From assembly GCA_938074525.1 (NCBI GenBank), contig CALJEX010000037.1, forward strand, positions 1-57,393: DNA of 57,393 nt, written 5' to 3'. Position 1 is the first letter of the stretch, and the number at the start of each line of letters is the position of its first letter. A program made the position numbers and the translations under genes. The DNA comes from an uncultured Gammaproteobacteria bacterium. Its GTDB lineage: Bacteria > Pseudomonadota > Gammaproteobacteria > UBA4575. The notes beneath the pieces are model-generated. The model saw only the letters and a list, made by a program, of their open reading frames with translations, made no database searches and was not told the DNA's origin. Positions 49,403 through 57,393 of the stretch are shown here, piece after piece.

Positions 49403-50752
49403 ATGTTTTTAGTTGTCATTGCAGTGTTAATGACAGGCTATCCCGTGGCATTCACACTTGCAGGTGTATCGCTTGCGTTTGCATTCTTGGGCAATTTCAC
49501 TGACGGGTTTGATTCATCATTAATGCATGCGCTACCTAGTCGCATCTTTGGCATTATGAATAACGAAACACTGGTTGCTGTACCGTTATTTGTATTTATG
49601 GGTGTAACATTAGAACGATCAAAGATTGCTGAGAATTTACTCGATACGATGACACAGTTATTTGGTTCTATGCGCGGTGGACTAGGTTATTCCGTTGTTA
49701 TTGTTGGTTTGTTATTAGCTGCGAGCACTGGCATTGTTGGCGCAACCGTTGTCACTATGGGCCTGCTCTCATTACCCACTATGTTAAAAAGAAATTATGA
49801 CCCTGCACTTTCTAGCGGCATCATTTGCGCATCAGGTACGCTTGGACAAATTATTCCACCTTCAATAATTTTAGTCTTACTCGGCGATGTAATTTCTTCT
49901 GCTTATCAACAAGCGCAGTTAGATCAAGGGATCTTTTCACCAGACACTGTCACAGTGAGTGATTTGTTTGCTGGCGCTATCCTTCCAGGAACAATGCTAG
50001 TCGGTTTTTACATTTTATACTTAATCTATATTGCATTAACGAAACCTTTATTAATGCCCGCCGCACCGGCTAGCACCAAGCAAACCAACTTACTTTATGA
50101 ATGTGTGCGTGCATTATTTCCACCCATTGCATTAATCGTAGCGGTACTCGGCTCTATCATTGGCGGCTTGGCAACACCCACTGAAGCAGCTTCTGTGGGT
50201 GCAGTCGGTGCATTGTTATTGGCATTCATAAATAGGCAGTTAGATCTGGCTTGTATTCAACATATTATTCGCAGCAGCGTACGAGTCACCTGCATGGTAT
50301 TTGCGATCTTTATTGGTGCTTCTATATTTTCCTTAGTGTTTCGTGGATATGGTGGTGACGATGCCATACATGCATTTCTAACTCAGCTGCCGGGTGGCGT
50401 ATTTGGTGCTGTGGCCACTGTCATGCTAGTGATGTTCTTACTTGGCTTTGTATTAGATTTTATTGAGATCACATTTGTTGTGGTGCCAATTGTAGGACCA
50501 ATATTATTGATGATGGGAGTAGACCCAGTATGGCTAGGCATTATGATTGCCATTAATTTGCAAACATCATTCTTAACGCCTCCATTTGGATTCGCGTTAT
50601 TTTATTTAAGAGGGGTGGCATCAAAAATTGTAACCACTCGACAAATTTATAAAGGCGTACTGCCGTTTATTGTCATCCAGTTGGTAGTGCTTGGGTGTCT
50701 TGCCAAGTGGCCAGAGTTAGCCACTTGGTTACCTGAGAAGCTAAATTCTTAA
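49403..50752 (+). CDS. TRAP transporter large permease (DctM/FcbT3-type)
   Basis: 449 aa and polytopic, with GYPVAF near the N-terminus. The frame is open for 11 more codons upstream (EKIAIEIIAFI) with no ATG/GTG/TTG. Confidence 0.88.
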   Translation: MFLVVIAVLMTGYPVAFTLAGVSLAFAFLGNFTDGFDSSLMHALPSRIFGIMNNETLVAVPLFVFMGVTLERSKIAENLLDTMTQLFGSMRGGLGYSVVIVGLLLAASTGIVGATVVTMGLLSLPTMLKRNYDPALSSGIICASGTLGQIIPPSIILVLLGDVISSAYQQAQLDQGIFSPDTVTVSDLFAGAILPGTMLVGFYILYLIYIALTKPLLMPAAPASTKQTNLLYECVRALFPPIALIVAVLGSIIGGLATPTEAASVGAVGALLLAFINRQLDLACIQHIIRSSVRVTCMVFAIFIGASIFSLVFRGYGGDDAIHAFLTQLPGGVFGAVATVMLVMFLLGFVLDFIEITFVVVPIVGPILLMMGVDPVWLGIMIAINLQTSFLTPPFGFALFYLRGVASKIVTTRQIYKGVLPFIVIQLVVLGCLAKWPELATWLPEKLNS

Positions 50753-50753
50753 T

Positions 50754-50987
50754 TTAGTATGAAGAAATTTTTGGTACTAGCTGAAAGTAGCCAACAATCA
50801 CTAAAATTAAGTACGCGAGGCCAATAGCAAAGGTAAACCTTTTTTTAGCTGCTGTGCCTTCATTAGTAGCGCGCAATGGCCCTGACATGATAACTAGTGC
50901 AATGATTGCGCTAACAAAAAAGAATCCCTGAGTACCCCATTCCTTCGCGTCCCACATTACTTTCCATTTGGTATAAAGATCGTCCAT
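50754..50987 (-). CDS. hypothetical small membrane protein (2 TM)
   Basis: 77-aa ORF with two hydrophobic helices. Lies between the TRAP permease and binding-protein genes. Confidence 0.45.
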   Translation of the reverse strand: MDDLYTKWKVMWDAKEWGTQGFFFVSAIIALVIMSGPLRATNEGTAAKKRFTFAIGLAYLILVIVGYFQLVPKISSY

Positions 50988-51135
50988 TGTTCCTCCCGTG
51001 TTATGGCAGTCTATTATCGTTATTATAAATTTTGGGCATTATATCAGCCACTTAAAATTAATTCTTTGTTTATCTAATGCTTATGAAGCTGGCGATGCAT
51101 TTTATTATAATTTTATATATTTCAATAAGTTATAT

Positions 51136-52248
51136 CTATCTCATATTCAAATAAGCACGCTCAGACAAATTGTACCAAGCTTTAGATTTAGCTAAAAAGC
51201 TCTGGTACGAATCATATATCTCACGAGCAAATGGGTCACTACCCACTACATCGGCGACTACTTGCTCAGATAATCCGCGTAGCTTCTCGATCACGTCTGT
51301 AGGAAATTCTCGCACATCAACCTTGTGCTCGTTAATCAAGGTTTCTAGCGCATCGTTATTACGCGCAACATACTCCAACATCATATCTTGATTTGCTACT
51401 CTTGCCGCATTACGCACAATGCTTTGTAAGTCACTTGGAAGGCTATTGTAGGCCTCCTCATTGATGAAACATTCAAGTGTAGTGCCGGGCTCATGCCAAC
51501 CTGGTGAATAATAATATTTAGCAGCCTTGTGCAAACCAAATGCTAAATCGTTATAAGGGCCAACCCACTCGGTCGCATCGATAACGCCCTTTTGCAGAGA
51601 CACAAATAAATCTCCCCCAGGGATGTTAACCGGCGTTCCACCGGCAAGACGCAACACTTCGCCGCCTAATCCAGGAATACGCATTTTCAGCCCTTGTAAA
51701 TCTTCGACCGAATTAATTTCTTTATTAAACCAGCCACCCATTTGCACCATGGTATTGCCGGCAGCCATAGGCACTAAACCAAACGGCTGATAGGCGCGCT
51801 GCCATAATTCCATTCCACCGCCATGATACAACCAAGCATTCATTTCATTAGCAGTCATACCGAAGGGGACTGTGGAAAAAAATTGTAATGCAGGATTTTT
51901 ACCTTTCCAGTAATACGCTGATCCATGACCCATTTCAGCGGTACCCGCGGTGACAGCATCAAAAATTTCAAGTGCAGGAACAATTTCACCAGCGCCATAA
52001 ACTTTAATATTTAATCGACCATTAGACATTTCATTAATGGTTTGTGCTAAGAACTCTGCGCCTGTGCCTAAGCCTGGAAAATTCTTAGGCCAGGTGGTGA
52101 TCATTTTCCAATTAAATGTTTGATTGCTAGTAACAGTAGAAGATGCTGTTGGGTTAGATGTTTTCTCATTGCACGCGGCAACCGTACAACTAGCAGCACC
52201 TACTCCAAGGTATTGTAAGAATTTTCTTCGTGTATTTTTATCGCTCAT
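51136..52248 (-). CDS. TRAP transporter substrate-binding protein (DctP family, COG4663-like) with a Tat-type signal
   Basis: 370 aa. Has the twin-arginine leader TRRKFLQYLGVGAA and then WKMITTWPKNFPGLG.... Confidence 0.85.
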   Translation of the reverse strand: MSDKNTRRKFLQYLGVGAASCTVAACNEKTSNPTASSTVTSNQTFNWKMITTWPKNFPGLGTGAEFLAQTINEMSNGRLNIKVYGAGEIVPALEIFDAVTAGTAEMGHGSAYYWKGKNPALQFFSTVPFGMTANEMNAWLYHGGGMELWQRAYQPFGLVPMAAGNTMVQMGGWFNKEINSVEDLQGLKMRIPGLGGEVLRLAGGTPVNIPGGDLFVSLQKGVIDATEWVGPYNDLAFGLHKAAKYYYSPGWHEPGTTLECFINEEAYNSLPSDLQSIVRNAARVANQDMMLEYVARNNDALETLINEHKVDVREFPTDVIEKLRGLSEQVVADVVGSDPFAREIYDSYQSFLAKSKAWYNLSERAYLNMR

Positions 52249-52282
52249 CTAACATCACCTCTTGAATTACTAATTTACCCTG

Positions 52283-54466
52283 TTAACCAAGCACGGTTAA
52301 GTTGGCGTAGGCCAATACTAACCATTTACTGCCGCTGCCTTCAAACTTAACTTGCACACGTGCACTGCTGCCATTTCCTTCTTGGTCCATAACCACGCCT
52401 TCACCAAACTTTTTATGTGTCACACGCTGACCTACGCGTATACCGCCTTCACCATAATCAATTCTTCTTTTCACTTTAGCCATCGGCTCAGGATTGTGCA
52501 CTGTTTGAGTGACACGCGCACGTGAACGAACTTCAACGATTAACTCTGCAGGAATTTCATTAATAAACCGTGATGGTGGATTGTAATTCTCATTGCCATA
52601 ATGGCGGCGAGATTCGGCAAAACACAACATCAAATTTTCTCTTGCACGAGTGATGCCTACATAACATAAGCGACGTTCTTCTTCGACCCGTCCCGGTTCA
52701 TCCATAGACATACTACTAGGGAATAAACCTTCTTCCATTCCTACCAAAAGCACTAAAGGAAACTCTAAGCCTTTAGCTGTGTGCAACGTCATCAACTGTA
52801 CGCAATCTTCCCACTTAGATGCTTGGCCTTCACCCGACTCTAGCGCAGCATTAGATAAAAACGCATCCAACTCTGACATTTCTTCACCATCTTCGCTTTC
52901 ATAACGGAAACCTCGCGCGGCTTCGATTAATTCAAGCAAGTTTTCTACTCTCGATTGGCCTTTTTCACTACGATCTTTTTCGAAATGAACTTGCAGCCCT
53001 GACAGCCCGATTACCTGTTCAACTTGCTCTTCTAATTCTTTATCTTTTAGCTCGTCTGATATTCTTTCTATCAATGCGACAAATTGAGTAAGTGCTCCCT
53101 GCGCCCGTGCAGCTAAAGAACCTTGAGAGACAATTGTTTTTGTCGCATCCCACAACGGCACAGATTCAGCACGCGCATAATCACGAATCACCTGAAGAGT
53201 TCGATCACCAATACCCCGTGGAGGATGGTTAACGATGCGCTCAAACGCTGGATCAGCAATTCGACTAGAGCTTAGACGCAGATAAGCTAACGCATCTTTA
53301 ATTTCAGCGCGCTCGAAGAAACGCAAGCCGCCATAGATGCGATAAGGAATTTGTTGCGCAATGAGATTTTCCTCAAACACACGTGACTGTACGTTCGAAC
53401 GATATAGAATAGCAATTTCGCTATGTTTACGTCCTTGTTGATTGACCCACTCTTTTACTCTTTCAACCACAAAACGCGCTTCATCATGCTCGTTGTAGGC
53501 CGCATACAATTGTACTGGCGCACCCTTATTACCATCAGTCCAAAGTTTTTTGCCTAAGCGTCCTTGGTTATGATCTATTAATCCATTTGCCGCAGAAAGA
53601 ATTGTGCTGGTTGAACGATAATTTTGTTCAAGGCGAAATGTTTGTGTATCAGCATAATCTTTACTGAATGAAAATATATTTTCTATCTTCGCACCACGCC
53701 AACCATAAATAGATTGATCGTCATCACCTACTGCAAATACTGGATTATTTTTCCCTGCGAGCAGCTTGAGCCAATCGTATTGTATTGAGTTTGTATCTTG
53801 AAACTCATCAACCAATACATGGCGAAATCGATTTCGATAATGAGTCATAATGTCTTCGTTGTTTCTCAACAATTCTAATGACCTTAATAATAGCTCAGCA
53901 AAATCGACAACACCTGCACGTTCACATGCAGCCTCATAGGCTATATATACTCTTAGTAATTGACGCGTTGTCAAATCACCGCCATCTTGGATTTGACTAG
54001 CTCGTAGACCTTCGTCTTTACGTGCATTAATGAACCATTGCGCTTGTTTGACGGGCCATTTAGATTCGTCCAGTTCTAAACCTTTCATAATACGCTTAAC
54101 TAAACGATGCTGATCATCCGAATCTAGAATCTGAAATGCTTGTGGCAGGTTTGCTTCTTGCCAATGCGCTCGTAACATACGATGTGCAATTCCATGGAAC
54201 GTGCCTACCCACATACCCGAAAGATTTGCTTCGAGCAGACTTTCAACGCGAGAGCGCATTTCAGCAGCGGCCTTATTAGTGAATGTCACTGCTAACAACC
54301 CATAAGGTGACACGCCTTCAACATTACATAGCCAGGCAATGCGATGAACAAGCACGCGTGTTTTACCACTACCAGCACCAGCTAATACTAACGCCGGACC
54401 AGGTGCAGCGGTGACTGCATTACGTTGCTCTTGATTTAATCCATCAAGTATTGGAGATACATCCAC
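52283..54466 (-). CDS. uvrD: DNA helicase II UvrD
   Basis: 727 aa. The N-terminus is nearly identical in pattern to E. coli UvrD (LVLAGAGSGKTRVLVHRIAWL...AVTFTNKAAAEMR). The C-terminus ends KFGEGVV... Confidence 0.95.
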   Translation of the reverse strand: MDVSPILDGLNQEQRNAVTAAPGPALVLAGAGSGKTRVLVHRIAWLCNVEGVSPYGLLAVTFTNKAAAEMRSRVESLLEANLSGMWVGTFHGIAHRMLRAHWQEANLPQAFQILDSDDQHRLVKRIMKGLELDESKWPVKQAQWFINARKDEGLRASQIQDGGDLTTRQLLRVYIAYEAACERAGVVDFAELLLRSLELLRNNEDIMTHYRNRFRHVLVDEFQDTNSIQYDWLKLLAGKNNPVFAVGDDDQSIYGWRGAKIENIFSFSKDYADTQTFRLEQNYRSTSTILSAANGLIDHNQGRLGKKLWTDGNKGAPVQLYAAYNEHDEARFVVERVKEWVNQQGRKHSEIAILYRSNVQSRVFEENLIAQQIPYRIYGGLRFFERAEIKDALAYLRLSSSRIADPAFERIVNHPPRGIGDRTLQVIRDYARAESVPLWDATKTIVSQGSLAARAQGALTQFVALIERISDELKDKELEEQVEQVIGLSGLQVHFEKDRSEKGQSRVENLLELIEAARGFRYESEDGEEMSELDAFLSNAALESGEGQASKWEDCVQLMTLHTAKGLEFPLVLLVGMEEGLFPSSMSMDEPGRVEEERRLCYVGITRARENLMLCFAESRRHYGNENYNPPSRFINEIPAELIVEVRSRARVTQTVHNPEPMAKVKRRIDYGEGGIRVGQRVTHKKFGEGVVMDQEGNGSSARVQVKFEGSGSKWLVLAYANLTVLG

Positions 54467-54532
54467 AATAATTATTCGCTAGTTATAAAGCGTTTGCGCA
54501 TACTGCACACAGCTTTTTGGTTATTTGAATGA

Positions 54533-56098
54533 TTAAAAATAATACGCGATAGCAGCAGCTGTAGCGATTGCAATCACCGCACTTACAATAGACATTTGTC
54601 TTTGTTTTTTATACATATTCTCTAAGCGTTGAACTTCCAATCTAAGCATTTCATTTTGCTGCTTGGGTGCTTGTTCTGCTCGCAACAAATACCCATGTAT
54701 CAAAGATGGAAGTTCTGGCGCTTGCTCTAGCACCTTAGGCAGGTGCTGACGCACGCCTTTAATTAATGCATGCACGCCTACTTGCTCACTCATCCAACGA
54801 TCTAAGAATGGTTTTGCTGTCTTCCATAAATCCAGATCTGGATCCAACTGACGCCCAAGTCCTTCTATATTAAGCAGAGTTTTCTGTAGCAATACCAACT
54901 GTGGCTGCACTTCCATTTGAAATCTTCGTGCAGTTTGAAACAAGCGCAACAATAAATTACCAAACGAAATTTCGCTAATAGGCTTTTGGAATATTGGCTC
55001 ACAAACAGTTCTTATCGCTGATTCAAAATGATCAATTCTTGTGTGGGCAGGCACCCAGCCAGATTCTAAATGTAATTCTGCTACTCGGCGATAATCTTGA
55101 TTAAAGAAAGCGAGCAAGTTCTCAGCAAGATAGCGCTGATCTTCAATTGACAGAGTTCCCATGATGCCAAAATCAACCCCTAAGTACTTAGGATCATCTG
55201 GTGTTTCATAAGAAACAAAAATATTTCCGGGATGCATATCTGCATGAAAAAAATTATGTTTAAAAACCTGCGTGAAAAAGATATTCACACCGCGCTCAGA
55301 CAACTTTTTCATATTGACGTTATTGGCAACCAATGTTTTAACATCATTGACAGCAATCCCGTGTATGCGCTCCATCACCATTACATTAACGCGACAATGA
55401 TCCCAATATACTTTAGGCACATATAGGTCTGAACTATCTTCAAAATTACGTCTCAACTGACTTGCGTTGGCCGCTTCTCGCAATAAATCCAACTCATCCA
55501 TTACGGTTTGCTCGTAATCATCAACGATTTCGCGCGGACGCAGCCTTCTTCCATCAACCCAGTAGCGATGCGCCAAGTCTGCAATTAAATGCATCACTTC
55601 TAAATCTCTTTTTATAAATTTACGCACATCCGGTCTTAACACCTTAACCACAACGTCGGATCCATCATGCAATGTGGCCGCATGAACTTGTGCAATTGAG
55701 GCTGAAGCTAGTGGAGTTTCATCGAATTTTGAAAAGATTTCACTGACATCACAACCAAATGCTTTCTCAACAATCTCACGTGCTTGCTCTCCTGGAAACG
55801 GAGGCACTTGATCTTGTAGCTTAGTTAACTCATCGGCAATATCATCGGACAACAAATCACGTCGAGTCGACAGTGCTTGTCCAAGCTTAATAAATATAGG
55901 CCCTAGGTCTTCTAGTGTGCGTCTAATGCGTACACCATGAGAAATATCAACTCGTCGAAACCAATGCCATGGCAGCATTAGCAACAAGAAGCGTACTGGT
56001 CGGAATAAATGAATTGCAAAAATAACTTCTTCTAATCCATGGCGAACCAAAACAATGTTGATTTGGATGATGCGGATGAATTGACGAAGTAAGCGCAT
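54533..56098 (-). CDS. ubiB: ubiquinone biosynthesis regulatory kinase-like protein UbiB
   Basis: 521 aa with an ABC1/ADCK kinase-like domain (ASIAQVH, HADMHPGNIFV) and C-terminal TM helices. Confidence 0.93.
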   Translation of the reverse strand: MRLLRQFIRIIQINIVLVRHGLEEVIFAIHLFRPVRFLLLMLPWHWFRRVDISHGVRIRRTLEDLGPIFIKLGQALSTRRDLLSDDIADELTKLQDQVPPFPGEQAREIVEKAFGCDVSEIFSKFDETPLASASIAQVHAATLHDGSDVVVKVLRPDVRKFIKRDLEVMHLIADLAHRYWVDGRRLRPREIVDDYEQTVMDELDLLREAANASQLRRNFEDSSDLYVPKVYWDHCRVNVMVMERIHGIAVNDVKTLVANNVNMKKLSERGVNIFFTQVFKHNFFHADMHPGNIFVSYETPDDPKYLGVDFGIMGTLSIEDQRYLAENLLAFFNQDYRRVAELHLESGWVPAHTRIDHFESAIRTVCEPIFQKPISEISFGNLLLRLFQTARRFQMEVQPQLVLLQKTLLNIEGLGRQLDPDLDLWKTAKPFLDRWMSEQVGVHALIKGVRQHLPKVLEQAPELPSLIHGYLLRAEQAPKQQNEMLRLEVQRLENMYKKQRQMSIVSAVIAIATAAAIAYYF

Positions 56099-56113
56099 AA
56101 TAATTTATGTTGG

Positions 56114-56704
56114 TTAATTACGATTTTGTAATCGATTTAATCGAGCTTCTAAACGATCAGCCTTTGCTCTCACGTTGTCGACTTCTTGTATGAATTGATC
56201 TACTTCTTCTTGTGTCGCTGCTGCTTGCACATTGTCTTGCAGATAATCACGCAAATCTTGGCGCATATTGTCATGCAAGTTACGTCTAAATGAATGTACC
56301 GCTTTTGCCCCTCGTCCTATTTGATAGGCAACCGCATCGCCAGTGTATTTTGATATTATCTCTTCCCAGTCTATTTCTATTTCACGTAGAGTATTCTGAA
56401 ATACGCTAGCAATGTGCGCATCTCCTTTTATTTCAATCCCGCCGTTTTTAATCAGTTTATCTTGATCTGCACCGATCAAAAACTCTGGCAGTATTTTTAG
56501 CGAAATAGATATCTCTACATCGGCCTCAACGTCATTGTTGGTCTCTTCTTGTAAATAACGTTGTTCAATTCGTAGCGATAAAGTTTTATCGATCTCGCGT
56601 ACATACAAACGAATTAACTTACTTTTGATTTGATCTAATCCAGCAGCACGTTCCTGATCAGCTTCAATATAGCGATTCAGTGCAGCTATGATTATATCAT
56701 TCAT
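56114..56704 (-). CDS. ubiJ: ubiquinone biosynthesis accessory factor UbiJ (SCP2 domain)
   Basis: Lies between ubiE and ubiB. Has an SCP2-like N-domain and a C-terminal coiled coil. ATG 56704 is 1 nt after the ubiE stop. Confidence 0.8.
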   Translation of the reverse strand: MNDIIIAALNRYIEADQERAAGLDQIKSKLIRLYVREIDKTLSLRIEQRYLQEETNNDVEADVEISISLKILPEFLIGADQDKLIKNGGIEIKGDAHIASVFQNTLREIEIDWEEIISKYTGDAVAYQIGRGAKAVHSFRRNLHDNMRQDLRDYLQDNVQAAATQEEVDQFIQEVDNVRAKADRLEARLNRLQNRN

Positions 56705-56705
56705 G

Positions 56706-57393
56706 CTAGTACTTATACCCAATATGCGCAGCCACAATACCGCCACTCATATTCACATAACTACAACGATCAAATCCGGCATCGGCAAACATTTGCTTAA
56801 GCACTGGTTGATCAGGGTGCATACGGATTGATTCGGCTAAATAACGATAACTATCTACATCTTTTGCAATCCATTCACCTAGCTTTGGCAAAATAGAAAA
56901 CGAATACATATCATAGATAGGTCGCAACCAAGGCGCTGGCTTTGAAAACTCCAACACAATAAATTTTCCACCCGGCTTAAGTTTTGAATATGCGGATGCC
57001 AAACATCGATCTTTATACGTCACATTACGCAAACCAAAAGCCATGGTAATGCAATCAAAACTATTGTCTGCAAACGGTAATGCTTCAGCATTTGCTTGCA
57101 CGTAATTTATATTCAATAAACCACGATCAATCATTCTGTCACGACCCACTCCAAGCATACTAGCGTTGATGTCACACAAAATGACTTGGCCTTGTTCACC
57201 CACACTTTTATGTAACGCTGCGGCTAAGTCGCCTGTTCCGCCCGCGAGATCTAATATTTTTTGTTTAGGCCTGACCGCGGCAATGTGTAATGCAAACTTT
57301 TTCCATAAACGATGCAAGCCCATGGACATCAAATCGTTCATCACATCGTAATTATCTGCAACAGATTCGAATACCTGTCGAACACGCTGAGTC
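56706..57393 (-). CDS. ubiE: ubiquinone/menaquinone C-methyltransferase UbiE (5' end outside the window)
   Basis: [17 protein letters not shown], the SAM motif [11 protein letters not shown], and C-terminal [12 protein letters not shown]. The frame stays open to the window edge. Confidence 0.93.
   Translation of the reverse strand, partial: TQRVRQVFESVADNYDVMNDLMSMGLHRLWKKFALHIAAVRPKQKILDLAGGTGDLAAALHKSVGEQGQVILCDINASMLGVGRDRMIDRGLLNINYVQANAEALPFADNSFDCITMAFGLRNVTYKDRCLASAYSKLKPGGKFIVLEFSKPAPWLRPIYDMYSFSILPKLGEWIAKDVDSYRYLAESIRMHPDQPVLKQMFADAGFDRCSYVNMSGGIVAAHIGYKY

Overview
57.4-kb chromosomal window from a moderately AT-rich gammaproteobacterium, judged by eye because GC content was not computed. 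The cell looks aerobic: it carries ubiquinone biosynthesis genes (ubiE-ubiJ-ubiB, ubiK) and cytochromes c4 and c5. Gene order is typical gammaproteobacterial housekeeping synteny: asmA-SRPBCC-mutY-yggX, yicC | rph-rdgB-hemW, priA-argS-SPOR, speA | speE, porin-glnK-amtB, and cytochrome c4-dsbA / engB / polA. I call about 65 protein genes and one tRNA-Phe. I saw no rRNA, CRISPR array, IS element or integrase. Most of the window is ordinary core genome, but seven things stand out. (1) At the left edge, a 405-aa ORF carries collinear family-A (Pol I/T7-type) polymerase motifs with no exonuclease domain. It abuts a corA gene whose 3' end (TM2) is missing, which suggests the border of an inserted element. 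(2) Two copies of a ~45-bp three-DnaA-box module (weak box, 3 nt, perfect TTATCCACA, 5 nt, inverted box, then ACGAAC) lie upstream of rpmE and priA. (3) A structured, GGA/UCC-rich non-coding segment sits in the polA-engB gap, the position Spot 42/ErsA occupies in other gammaproteobacteria. (4) comM is interrupted by a single in-frame TGA. (5) A RimK-like ATP-grasp ligase clusters with an M14-like deacylase and a retropepsin-like RimB homologue. (6) Three genes have conserved N-termini that can only be encoded from AUH (ATC/ATA/ATT) start codons. (7) The porin-glnK-amtB operon has a clear sigma-54 promoter and NtrC-like enhancer sites. All functional calls rest on my recognition of the translated ORFs and motifs. 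No database search was run.
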